DNA of 64,000 nt. Origin: a virus. Taxonomy: Duplodnaviria > Caudoviricetes. Shown here piece by piece: positions 20,882 to 31,322 of this stretch (position 1 is its first letter; every line of letters begins with the position of its first letter). Both the position numbers and the translations under genes were made by a program. The notes under the pieces were generated by a model, which was not told where the DNA came from, searched no databases, and was given only the letters and a program-made list of their open reading frames with translations. The stretch is from the IMG/VR virus record IMGVR_UViG_3300021399_003033, positions 1 through 64,000 of that record; one strand, written 5' to 3'.

Positions 20882-23800
20882 ATGAGAAAATATTTTAATA
20901 ATCATGCTCATACAATTTATTCTAATGTTCGTCTTTTGGATGCAATAAATCGTCCAAAAGATTTGATTAAAAAAGCTCATGAATTAGGTATGAGCGGTAT
21001 TGCGATTACAGATCATGAAATTCTTTCTGCACATGTAGAAGCTTTAAAAGTAGCAGAAGAAATTTATAAAGAAGATCCAGATTTTCTTGTTGCTTTAGGA
21101 AATGAAATTTATTTAACAGATACAAGAGATAATGGACAAAAATATTATCATTTTATTTTAATTGCAAAAGATGCTATTGGTCATAAAGCACTTCGTGAAT
21201 TAAGTTCTCATTCTTGGTTTTGTTCATATATGGACAGGGGACTTGAAAGAGTACCAACTTTAAAATCTGAATTAGATGAAATTGTTCATAAATATCCAGG
21301 TCATTTAATTGCAACTACAGCTTGTATTGGAGGAGAGTTAGGAACAAATCTTTTAATGCGAGCAAAAGCATTAGCGATAGATGATAATTATAATGCAGAT
21401 TTGTATTTTATACAAGCAAAAGTATTTTTAAATTATTGTAAGAATCTATTTGGTGATGATTTTTATATTGAATGTGCTCCATCATCAAATGAAGATCAAA
21501 TTGCAGTAAATAAGCAATTAAAAGAATTATCAGAATTATTTAATATTAAAATGTGTATTGGAACAGATGCACATTATTTAACAAAAGAAGATAGACCTGT
21601 TCATAAAGCATATTTAAATTCAAAAGGTGGAGAAAGAGAAGTTGATTCATTTTATGAATTTACATATTTAATGAATAGTGATGAAGTAGAAGAGTTATTG
21701 AGTTATTCTTTTGATAAAGATTTTATATCTGAAATTTTAGATAATAGTCTTGAAATTCAAAATAAAATTACAAAATATTCTCTTTTTCATAAACAAGATA
21801 TTCCTAGAGTAGAGGTTGAAGATTATCCTAAGAAAGCGATGGGAGAGGCTTCAGAAAAATATCCTATTCTTAATTCTATGCTTTCATCTGATGATAAATA
21901 TGAAAGATACTGGATAAATGGTTGCATTAATAAATTAAAAGATATTAATAAATTCAATCAAGAATATCTTAGTCGTCTTGAAGAGGAAGCTGATGTAAAA
22001 AGAGTTATAGGTGAAAAACTTGAAACTAATATGTTCTGTTATCCTGTAACTCTCCAGCATTATATTGATTTAATCTGGGATTGTGGTTCAATGGTTGGTG
22101 CAGGAAGAGGTTCTTCTTGTGCGGCATTAAATCACTATTTATTAGGTGTTACTCAGCTAGATCCAATTGAATGGGATTTACCTTTCTTTAGATATTTAAA
22201 TAGAGAACGTATTGAGCTTGGTGATATTGATATTGATATTTGTCCAAGTAAACGTCCATTAATTTTAAATAAAATTAAAGAAGAAAGAAAAGCATATTTT
22301 AATGAAGATGTTGCAGAATGGGCAAAAGAAAATCTTGGATGTACATTAGTTGCAACTTTTGGTACTGAGGGTACAAAAAGTGCAATTTTAACAGCTTGTC
22401 GTGGATATAGAAGTGAAGATTATCCAGACGGAATTGATGTTGATGAAGCACAGTTTATGTCTTCAATGATTCCACAAGAAAGAGGATTTTTATGGAGCAT
22501 TCATGATGTAGTTTATGGAAATCCAGAAAAAGGACGAAATCCAGTTCAATCTTTTATTAGAGAAGTAAATAATTACCCAGGTTTATTAGATATTATTGTA
22601 TCTATTGAAGGATTAATTAACCATAGAGGTAGTCATGCATCTGGAGTTATTTTATTTGATGGAGATCCATTTGAACATTGTGCATTTATGAAAACTCCAA
22701 AAGGAGAAATTACAACTCAGTTTGATCTTCATGATGATGAGTATTTAGGATTAACAAAATATGATTTTCTTGTAACTGAAGTTCAGGATAAATTAGTTCA
22801 AGCGATTCAACTTCTTCAAAAAGATGGTCAGATTGAAGCTGATTTATCTTTAAGAGAAGTATATGATAAATATTTTCATCCAAATGTTCTTCCGTTAAAG
22901 GATAAAAGAATTTGGGATGCATTAGGAAATGTATCTGTATTAAATACATTTCAGTTTGATTCTGCGGTTGGTTCTCAGGTTGCGAAAATGTTGAAACCGC
23001 AAAATGTTCTTGAAATGGCCGATGCAAATGGTCTTATGAGATTAAGTGGTGAAGATGGCGAAGAGAGACCGATGAATAAATATTATAGATTTAAAAATAA
23101 TATAAATCTATGGTATAAAGAAATGGATGATTTTGGTCTTACAAAAGAAGAACAAAAAGCTATTGAACCTTATTTTAAATCTTCATATGGAGTACCTCCG
23201 AGTCAAGAGCAGCTAATGAGAATGTTAATGGATGAAAACATTTGCGGCTTCAGCTTAGGAGAAGCGAATGCGGCCAGAAAAGTTGTTGGAAAGAAACAGA
23301 TGAATAAGATCCCAGAACTTAGAGAAAAAGTTCTGAAGAGTGCAAAATCTGAGAAATTGGGCCAGTATATATGGAAATATGGAGCAGGTCCGCAGATGGG
23401 TTATTCTTTTAGTGTAATTCATGCATTAGCTTATTCATTTATTGGTGTTCAGACTTTATATATAGCAACAAATTGGAATCCGATTTATTGGAATACAGCT
23501 TGTTTGATTGTTAATAGTGGAGCAACAGATCCAGATAATGGTGGTCAAACAGATTATTCAAAAATTGCGAAAGCAATGGGAGATATAATTAATGCTGGTA
23601 TTAATTTAAGTCTTGTAAATATTAATCAATCAGGTTATGGTTTTGAGCCTGATGCAAAAAATAATAGAATTTTATATGGAATGAAAGCAATGCTAAATGT
23701 TGGTGATGATGTAATTGATGCAACAATTAAAAATCGTCCATATATTTCTATTAAAGATTATTATAATAAAGTTCATCCAAATAAACAGGCTATGATTTCA

Positions 23801-24772
23801 TTAATCAAAGGTGGAGCTTTTGATGATATGATGGAAAGAAAAATGGCAATGGCTTGGTTTATTTGGGAAACATGTGATAAAAAGAAGCGTATTACTCTTC
23901 AAAATATGGGAGGATTAATTAAATATGGTTTACTTCCAGAAAAAAATGAAGAAGAAGTAATGGCAAGAAGAATCTATGAATTTAATAGATATTTAAAAGC
24001 TATTTGTAAAAATGGTGAAGGATATATATTAGATAATAGAGCATTAAATTTTATTCATGAAATTGAAGCAGATAGTTTGTTAGAGAATAAAAATAATGAA
24101 TGGTATATTTCAGCAAAAAATTGGGATAAAAAAGTTTATCAAAAATGGATGGATGTATTTAGAGCATGGATTGCTGAAAATAAAGATGAAATATTAAATA
24201 CATTAAATTCAAAGATTTTTTATGATGATTGGAGTAAATATGCTAAAGGAACAATCTCTGCTTGGGAGATGGAAGCTTTATGCTTTTATTACCACGAACA
24301 TGAACTCGCTCATGTGGATAGTTCAAGATATGGCTTTGTTAATTTTATGGATCTTCCAGAAACCCCAGTAATTGATAAAGTATATAAGAAAAATGGTAAA
24401 GAAATAAAAATATTTAAACTTAATTTAATTTGCGGAACTTGTATTGCAAAGAATAAAGTCAAGAGTACTGTAAGTCTTTTAACTACAACTGGAGTAGTTA
24501 CAGTTAAGTTCAGAAAAGAATATTTTAATCTCTTTGACAAACAGATTTCTGAAAAAAATCCAGATGGAACTAAGACAGTAAAAGAAAAATCTTGGTTTAA
24601 TCGTGGAAGTATGATTATCGTTCAGGGTATTCGTTCAGATGATAATTTCGTAACAAAAAAGTACGCAAACTCTGAAATGCATCAACTTTATAAGATAGAT
24701 GAAATTCTTCCAGATGGCAGTTTAAAAATTAGGAATGAAAGATACCAGGGAGAAGCAGAAGATGATGAATGA
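20882..24772 (+). CDS. dnaE: DNA polymerase III alpha subunit (family C), 1296 aa
   Basis: PHP domain (HAHT..S, AITDHE), GRGS, catalytic DIDID, HASGV, KYDFL, YSFSVIHALAY and a C-terminal OB fold. No TAG among about 35 Gln codons. Confidence 0.95.
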   Translation: MRKYFNNHAHTIYSNVRLLDAINRPKDLIKKAHELGMSGIAITDHEILSAHVEALKVAEEIYKEDPDFLVALGNEIYLTDTRDNGQKYYHFILIAKDAIGHKALRELSSHSWFCSYMDRGLERVPTLKSELDEIVHKYPGHLIATTACIGGELGTNLLMRAKALAIDDNYNADLYFIQAKVFLNYCKNLFGDDFYIECAPSSNEDQIAVNKQLKELSELFNIKMCIGTDAHYLTKEDRPVHKAYLNSKGGEREVDSFYEFTYLMNSDEVEELLSYSFDKDFISEILDNSLEIQNKITKYSLFHKQDIPRVEVEDYPKKAMGEASEKYPILNSMLSSDDKYERYWINGCINKLKDINKFNQEYLSRLEEEADVKRVIGEKLETNMFCYPVTLQHYIDLIWDCGSMVGAGRGSSCAALNHYLLGVTQLDPIEWDLPFFRYLNRERIELGDIDIDICPSKRPLILNKIKEERKAYFNEDVAEWAKENLGCTLVATFGTEGTKSAILTACRGYRSEDYPDGIDVDEAQFMSSMIPQERGFLWSIHDVVYGNPEKGRNPVQSFIREVNNYPGLLDIIVSIEGLINHRGSHASGVILFDGDPFEHCAFMKTPKGEITTQFDLHDDEYLGLTKYDFLVTEVQDKLVQAIQLLQKDGQIEADLSLREVYDKYFHPNVLPLKDKRIWDALGNVSVLNTFQFDSAVGSQVAKMLKPQNVLEMADANGLMRLSGEDGEERPMNKYYRFKNNINLWYKEMDDFGLTKEEQKAIEPYFKSSYGVPPSQEQLMRMLMDENICGFSLGEANAARKVVGKKQMNKIPELREKVLKSAKSEKLGQYIWKYGAGPQMGYSFSVIHALAYSFIGVQTLYIATNWNPIYWNTACLIVNSGATDPDNGGQTDYSKIAKAMGDIINAGINLSLVNINQSGYGFEPDAKNNRILYGMKAMLNVGDDVIDATIKNRPYISIKDYYNKVHPNKQAMISLIKGGAFDDMMERKMAMAWFIWETCDKKKRITLQNMGGLIKYGLLPEKNEEEVMARRIYEFNRYLKAICKNGEGYILDNRALNFIHEIEADSLLENKNNEWYISAKNWDKKVYQKWMDVFRAWIAENKDEILNTLNSKIFYDDWSKYAKGTISAWEMEALCFYYHEHELAHVDSSRYGFVNFMDLPETPVIDKVYKKNGKEIKIFKLNLICGTCIAKNKVKSTVSLLTTTGVVTVKFRKEYFNLFDKQISEKNPDGTKTVKEKSWFNRGSMIIVQGIRSDDNFVTKKYANSEMHQLYKIDEILPDGSLKIRNERYQGEAEDDE

Positions 24773-25115
24773 TAAACAAATATGTTCAGTTTGCGGGAGG
24801 GAACTTCCGCAAACTGATTTTTGGAAAATAAAAGAACCATTTATAGATTGGCATAAAATAAAATATCATAGATATAATATTTGTAAAGAATGTTGTTATG
24901 AAACTAAATTATTAGATGAATCTAACAATGATAATATAAAATTATATTGTGAATTTTTTAATATTCCTTTTATATTAAAAGAATGGGAAATATTAAAAAA
25001 AAGATATTATCCTAAAAGACATATTTTTGGAAGATATATGGCTAAAATGAACTTAGCAGGATATCGACCATATTAGTATAAAGATTCGGAGGAATTGAAT
25101 AAATTCTATGAATAA
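24762..25115 (+). CDS. Zn-finger hypothetical protein (117 aa, one TAG=Gln)
   Basis: CSVC...CKECC; overlaps the dnaE end and the gmk start. Confidence 0.55.
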
Positions 25116-25695
25116 TTATAAAATTCTTGCAATTATTGGAGAGGCCGGAACTGGTAAAGATACTATCATGAAAGAGGTTCTTAAAAAGAACCCCAATATT
25201 CATGAAATTATTTCTTGTACTACACGTCCTCCAAGAGAAAAGGAAAAAAATGGTATTAATTATCATTTTTTAACGCATGAAGAATTTACAAATAAAATTT
25301 TAAATAATGAAATGCTTGAAGCAACAGTTTTTAATGATTGGTGTTATGGAACAAGTTATGATTCATTAGATACAAATAAAGTTAATATTGGAGTTTTTAA
25401 TCCAGCAGGAATAGAAGCTTTAATGGAACATAAAAATATTTTTATTGTGTGTTATTATGTGCGGGCCGCAGACAAACAGCGTCTTTTACGCCAACTTAAT
25501 CGTGAGGAAAATCCTGATGTAAAAGAGATAATTAGACGCTTTTCCGCAGATAATTTAGATTTTTCAGAGCTTCAATTTCATTATAATGAAATTGAGAATA
25601 ACACACTACAAGATCTAGATAAAAATATTGAGATTATAAATAGCGCTTGTTTACGTCTTTAGAATCTATTGGACCAAGAAAGACAAAGTATTTAA
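25108..25695 (+). CDS. gmk: Guanylate kinase (195 aa under code 15; TAG 11 codons before the TAA)
   Basis: GEAGTGKDT, TTRPPREKE, GINYHF, YGTS. Confidence 0.88.
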
Positions 25696-25766
25696 TTTAA
25701 AATTTATATATAATAGATTTCTACATTAGAAATCCTTAAAATAATAATAATTAGGAGGAAATCTAT

Positions 25767-28004
25767 ATGATTTATGTAAAGAAGAGAGATGGACGTAGAG
25801 TTCCATTCGATGAGAAAAAAATTGAAAATGCTGTATTAGCAGCTTTTAAAGATGTGGATAAAGAAATTACTCCATATGCATAGGATAAAGCATATAATAT
25901 AGCAATGTATGTTCTTGGATATGCAGAAGAATAGTTAACAGAATTAGGAATTGAAGATATTCAAGATTTAGTCGAAAAAGGACTTATGGCGACAAAACGA
26001 AAAGATGTCGCTAAAGCGTATATTCTTTACAGAGATAAACGTAATAAAGAACGTGAAGGCAATATAGATTGGATGAAACTTATCTCTGAAAAACTTCAAG
26101 CAAAAAATGTTCAAAATCAAAATGCTAATGTTGATGAGCATTCTTTTGGAGGAAGAAAAGGGGAAGCTGATAATGTTTTAATGAGAGAAATTGCATTAAA
26201 TCATATTGGCATGTCTAAAAAAAGTAGAGATAATCATTTAAATAATCGTATCTATATTCATGATTTAGATGCATATGCAGTTGGTATGCATAACTGTTTG
26301 ACAATTCCTTTTGATGATTTGTTAGCTAATGGATTTAATACTCGTCAAACAGATATTCGTCCTGCAAACAGTGTAAATACAGCTTTTTAGCTTGTGGCAG
26401 TATTATTCCAGCTTCAAAGTTTACAACAGTTTGGAGGCGTTTCCGCAAGCCATTTAGATTGGACAATGGTTCCTTATGTAAGAAAAAGTTTTTATAAACA
26501 TTTTAAAGATGGAATAAAATATATAGATAAAAATGGTGAATCTAATAGCACTCGTTTTAATTCAGATTTACCAATTGATGCATATCAATATACATAGCAT
26601 CAAGGAGAAGCCTATAAATATGCTATGGATATGACTATTAAAGAAGTTAATCAAGCAGTAGAAGGTATGTATCATAACTTAAATACGTTACAATCAAGGT
26701 CTGGAAATTAGCTTCCATTTACTTCAATTAATTATGGAACATGCACTTTGCCAGAAGGAAGAATAGTGATAAAAGCTTTACTTGATGGTTCTATTAAAGG
26801 AGTTGGAAAACTTCATAAAACACCTATTTTCCCTTGTGGTATTTTTCAATGTATGAAAGGAGTCAACCGTGATCCAGGGGATCCCAATTACGATTTATTT
26901 AGGTTAGCCCTTAAATCCACAGCTAAAAGATTATATCCTAATTATGCTAATGTTGACTGGAGTGGCAATGCTGGATATGATCGCAACGATCCGAAGACAT
27001 ATTTCAGCACCATGGGATGCAGAACAGCCAACGGATGGGATATCAATGGTTTCGGTCAACTGAAAGATGGACGCGGTAATATCTGTCCAGTAACTATTAT
27101 TCTTCCTACTCTTGCAATGGAAGCTAAAGAAAAAGTAGACAATGGACATCATTCATACTCTTCATATGCTTATCAAGCGGAATTTTTAAAATTGCTTGAT
27201 GAAGCTATTCATGATGCGAAAGATACTCTAATTGAAAGATTTAATTGGATTTGTTCTCAAGATCCAGCTTCCGCAAAATTTATGTGGGAAAATAATACTA
27301 TGGCAGGGTATATTCCAGAAGAAGGTCCTTATAGTGCTTTGCGCCATGGTACTCTTGCATTAGGTCAATTAGGTCTCGCAGAAGCGCTTCAAATTCTTAT
27401 TGGTACAGACCATACTACAGAAGAAGGTATGGAATTTGCTAAGAGAATTGAGCAGTTGTTTAAAGACAGATGTGCTGAATTTAAACAGGAATATAAACTT
27501 AATTTCGGTGTGTACTATACTCCAGCCGAAAACCTTTGCTATACCGCTTTAAAGAAATTTAGAGAAAAATATGGTGTAATACATAATATTAGCGATAAAG
27601 AATTCTTTACTAATTCAATGCATGTTCCAGTTTGGAAACAAATCAGTCCTTTTGATAAAATTGATATTGAATCTCAATTAACAGGATATTCAAGCGCGGG
27701 CTGCATTACATATGTTGAACTTGAATCTACTGTTGGTAAAAATATAGATGCAATGGAAACATTAGTAAATTATGCTATGGATAAAGATATTCCATATTTT
27801 GCAATTAATGTTCCTTGCGATACTTGTCTTGAATGCGGATATACTGGTGAATTTAATAATACTTGTCCTGTTTGCGGCAGTGACCATATTCAGCAATTAA
27901 GACGTGTTACTGGTTATTTAACTGGCAATTATACAACTGCTTTTAATTATGGCAAGCAAGATGAAGTACATAATCGTGTAAAACATACAGGTTATATGGA
28001 ATAA
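25767..28004 (+). CDS. nrdD: Anaerobic (class III) ribonucleoside-triphosphate reductase with ATP-cone, 745 aa (5 TAG=Gln)
   Basis: VKKRDG ATP-cone; IYIHDLD; NTAF(TAG)LVAV; LNTLQSRSGN(TAG)LPFTSIN with TAG on the conserved Gln; MGCR; TPAE; CxxC...CxxC; RRVTGYL glycyl-radical loop. Confidence 0.95.
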
Positions 28005-28016
28005 GGAGGCGACCAC

Positions 28017-28496
28017 ATGAGATATGCAGGAATTATACCAAATGATTTCGCCGCAGCTCCTGGAGTATGTACTACATTTTTTGTTTAGGGTTGTCCAATA
28101 AAATGCCCTGGTTGTCATAACTCTGAAACTTGGGATTTTGAAGGCGGAAAAGAATTTAATGCAGAGGTTTTAAATAAATTAGAAGAAGATTTACTTGCTA
28201 ATGGAATTAATAGAACTCTTTGTATTATGGGAGGAGAACCTCTCTGTCAAGAAAATTTATTCTTAACAACTATGATTGTTACAGAAATGAAACATAGATT
28301 ACCAGATTTAAAAATTTGGATTTGGACTGGATATGAATATAAAGATATATTAGAAGAAGAATCTAATCCAAAAATTAAATATATTTTAGAAACTGTTAAT
28401 GGATTGGTTACTGGTCCTTTTATTCAATCTTTAAGAGATATTACTCTTCCAATGAGAGGTAGTAGTAATCAAGAGATTATTAATTTAAAAAATTGA
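28017..28496 (+). CDS. nrdG: Class III RNR activase (radical SAM), 159 aa (TAG=Gln at 28086)
   Basis: FFV(TAG)GCPIKCPGCHN matches the FxQGC-x3-C-x2-C motif; GGEP; GSSNQ. Confidence 0.92.
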
Positions 28497-28521
28497 CTTT
28501 TATTCTTTTATTTGATATAAT
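28493..28521 (+). promoter_or_regulatory. sigmaA-type promoter (extended -10)
   Basis: TTGACT-17-TATAAT with TG. Confidence 0.72.
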
Positions 28522-28555
28522 AAAATTATAAATAAAAAGAAATGTGAGGTATGTA

Positions 28556-29137
28556 ATGAAAAATAAATTTCTAATTTTACTAATGGCTTTATTCCTATTA
28601 ATTTTTAATTTTAATGCTTTTGCAAATGAGGGTGATATAAAAACTATAACAAAATATTCAAACAAAGATGGTAATCCTATTTATATCGCTCCAAGTGAAA
28701 GTTCTGAAATTATAGGAACAGCTTTTGAAAATACTTCTTTTGAAGTTGTTTATGGCGGAGAAAGTGATGGCTGGAGTCAAATTGTAGCAGAAAATGGAAA
28801 TGTCTTTATGAAGACAGAAGATTTATCTGATCAAAAAATTGAACATGGGCATTGGGTGTCTCTAGGAAAATATAAAACAACAGGATATTGTAATTGTAGA
28901 AAATGCTGCGGAAAGTGGTCTGGAGGCCCAACGGCAAGTGGGAGATATCCTATATCAAATCATACAGTAGCCTGTGGTTCTCTTCCTTTGGGAACCAAAA
29001 TTATGATGAATGGTCAGCAATATATTGTTGAAGATAGAGGAGTTACTGGAAGACATATAGACGTTTATTATGACTCTCATAAAGTAGCTTATGCTCATGG
29101 AGTAAAATATATAGAAGTATTTAGATGGGTGGAATAA
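28556..29137 (+). CDS. Secreted SH3b + 3D-domain peptidoglycan-modifying protein (YocH/MltA-like)
   Basis: Signal peptide (KFLILLMALFLLIFNFNAFA); SH3b-like IYIAPS..SEIIG...GWSQI; 3D domain TGYC..CC...TASG...LPLGTKI...VEDRG...HIDVY. No TAG. Confidence 0.8.
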   Translation: MKNKFLILLMALFLLIFNFNAFANEGDIKTITKYSNKDGNPIYIAPSESSEIIGTAFENTSFEVVYGGESDGWSQIVAENGNVFMKTEDLSDQKIEHGHWVSLGKYKTTGYCNCRKCCGKWSGGPTASGRYPISNHTVACGSLPLGTKIMMNGQQYIVEDRGVTGRHIDVYYDSHKVAYAHGVKYIEVFRWVE

Positions 29138-29144
29138 AAAATAT

Positions 29145-29702
29145 ATGCAGCCAATTGAAGTTGATAATATAAATATTTTAAAATCTTTACCAAATCATCA
29201 AAAAGGTGAAATAGCTATCGTCAAAGATGAACAGCAAAATTATGTTTATGTAGATGAAGAAAAGGGCTGGGTTCCTTTAAAAGCTAATATTGAATCTAAT
29301 GGTTTAAAAATGAATTTATATGAATTAAATAAATCTATTGTAAGTCAATTACCAGTTTTTGATGATAACGCTTGGAATGGAACAGAAAAAGTTATTAATG
29401 ATTGGTTTCAAGATCAATTAAATCAAACTAAAAAACCAAAATATTTTATGTTATATGGCAAAGATATTAGTTATTTTACTGTATTTAGAAGAGTAACTGC
29501 TGGTTTTGATTATGAAAATTTCTTTAGTGCGTTAAAAGATATTTTAATTAATATTGGCGATGTATATGCTATTGATCCAGTAGAAGATAAAAGTGCTATT
29601 GAAATTTGGATTCGATATATTGATGAAGATCAAAAAATTGATGAAATGACTTGCCTATATTTATTTAATTATGATGAAGGGGTTATAACTTTTCATGAAT
29701 AA
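29145..29702 (+). CDS. Hypothetical protein (185 aa)
   Basis: Intact ORF in the operon. Confidence 0.65.
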   Translation: MQPIEVDNINILKSLPNHQKGEIAIVKDEQQNYVYVDEEKGWVPLKANIESNGLKMNLYELNKSIVSQLPVFDDNAWNGTEKVINDWFQDQLNQTKKPKYFMLYGKDISYFTVFRRVTAGFDYENFFSALKDILINIGDVYAIDPVEDKSAIEIWIRYIDEDQKIDEMTCLYLFNYDEGVITFHE

Positions 29703-29931
29703 TGAAATTATTTGTTTTGTGGATATGTTTTCCCTAACTCAAAATCTTAAAATTGGAGATAAAATTATCACAATTCCAACAGATGAGTTAGGAAAAACAA
29801 TTCCTTCTTTATGTTATAGTAATTAGACTAATAAAGTACATTTATATGGTAATGAAATGTATATTGAAGGAATTGTAGTTGAAATAAATGAAAATGCTGA
29901 TTATGCAAATATTGAGATAAAGGTGAATTAA
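29695..29931 (+). CDS. Hypothetical protein (78 aa, one TAG=Gln)
   Basis: Fills the gap exactly, overlapping the upstream stop; ends in TAA. Confidence 0.55.
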
Positions 29932-29936
29932 AAATT

Positions 29937-30161
29937 ATGAGAATTTTACTTAATAATACTGAAACTTATAGAGTTGATACAGAAGAAGAAGCTAAGGCTC
30001 TTATCGAAGAAATGAAAGAAAATGCATCTGATTATATTGTTGATTCTTATTCATCTGTAAGAAAAGAAAAAAAGAAAAAGGGTGAAATTATTGCCGAGGG
30101 GTATCAAGTAAAGATTACAAAGAAATATTCTGATTTTTGGGTTATGGAGGAAGCTGAATAA
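29937..30161 (+). CDS. Hypothetical protein (74 aa)
   Basis: TAATG overlap with dut. Confidence 0.65.
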   Translation: MRILLNNTETYRVDTEEEAKALIEEMKENASDYIVDSYSSVRKEKKKKGEIIAEGYQVKITKKYSDFWVMEEAE

Positions 30162-30745
30162 TGAGTGCTTATTTCCAAAAGGTAAGTAATTGCGGCGATG
30201 CCGTTCTGCCAGTTCGCAAGACCCAGGCTTCAGCAGGATATGATTTTTTCGCAGCTGAAGATATTATAATTCCCCCATATGAAGATCTTTGTAATGAAAT
30301 GATTGGTGTTTTGCTTGACGAAAGCGAAAGTATTTTTGATGCAGTATCAGATGCTAAAGAAGCTATGACACTCGATCAAATCGCCGCTTTAACGAAGCGC
30401 GCGCAAGCAAAACCTACTTTGATTCCTACTGGAGTTAAATGTCATCTTGATCCAGACACTTTTCTTCAACTTTCAATTCGATCTTCTTCTCCTTTAAAAT
30501 ACTGGATTATCCTTGCTAATGGAGTTGGAATTATTGACGCAGATTATTACAATAATCCTGATAATGAAGGACATATATATTTTCAAGTAATTAATCTTTC
30601 TCCAATTCCCATTAAGATCAAGAAAGGTGATGCAATTGGTTAGGGAATTATTATGAACTATAATAAAGTTTATGATGATCATGCTGATCAATTAAGAGAA
30701 GGCGGTTTTGGTTCTACAGACTCCGCACCTGCATCTACAACATAA
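30161..30745 (+). CDS. dut: Trimeric dUTPase, 194 aa (TAG=Gln at 30641)
   Basis: SAGYDF, IPTG, RSS, GIIDADY; motif 4 GDAIG(TAG) has TAG on the conserved Gln and motif 5 REGGFGST lies downstream. Confidence 0.93.
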
Positions 30746-31242
30746 TGCGTAAATTGCTAGCCTTAGATTAGTCATCTAAAACTAGTGGATATGCAGTATT
30801 TTATGATAAAGAATTAAAATACTATGGTCATTTTACTTTTGAGGATGATGATTTAGGAGATCGGCTTTATAAAATTCGTAAAAAAGTAAATGAACTCATA
30901 GAAAAATATGAAATTAATGAAGTTGTTTTTGAAGATATTTAGTTACAAAATAATGTTGGCAATAATGTAAAAACATTTAAAGTTTTAGCAGAAGTATTTG
31001 GTGTTATTTATGAGTTAATAACAGAATTAAAATTACCTCATTAGGAAATTTTAGCTTCCACTTGGAAATCTGGTCTTGGGATAAAAGGACGAACTCGTCC
31101 AGATCAAAAAAGAAATGCTCAAAAATATGTGCTTAATACTTATAATATGAAAGCAACTCAAGATGAATGTGATGCTATTTGCATTGGAACTCATATTCTT
31201 TTAGGAAAAAAACAAATAGCAGATCATGACTGGTCAGATTAA
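30745..31242 (+). CDS. ruvC: RuvC-like Holliday junction resolvase, 165 aa (3 TAG=Gln; absent from the ORF track)
   Basis: LLALD(TAG)SSKTSGYAVF, VVFEDI and DECDAICIG supply the RuvC acidic tetrad; TAATG overlap with dut. Confidence 0.85.
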
Positions 31243-31250
31243 TATAATTA

Positions 31251-31293
31251 AAAGATCTCTCTTTTTATAATATTTGAAAAGAGAGATCTTTTT
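31251..31293 (+). terminator. Hairpin terminator
   Basis: AAAGATCTCTCTTTT / AAAAGAGAGATCTTT inverted repeat. Confidence 0.6.
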
Positions 31294-31322
31294 ATATATT
31301 TTTTAAAGGGGAAAGGAAAACT

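Noticed and set aside
494-28004. Inteins or introns in gyrB, gyrA, dnaB, dnaE or nrdD
   Set aside because: Lengths are ordinary and no Hint or LAGLIDADG motifs were seen.
17090-28496. Fragmented recJ, nrdD, nrdG and similar genes as pseudogenes, frameshifts or intron-split genes
   Set aside because: The fragments are all in one frame, separated only by TAG, with no extra sequence, and restore normal lengths and motifs.
3128-28496. TGA recoding to Trp
   Set aside because: TGA ends many genes at their expected C-termini and forms ATGA overlaps; Trp is encoded by TGG.
26388-30643. TAG as pyrrolysine or selenocysteine, or leaky read-through
   Set aside because: TAG occupies conserved Gln columns and occurs up to about 18 times per gene, which fits only efficient Gln decoding.
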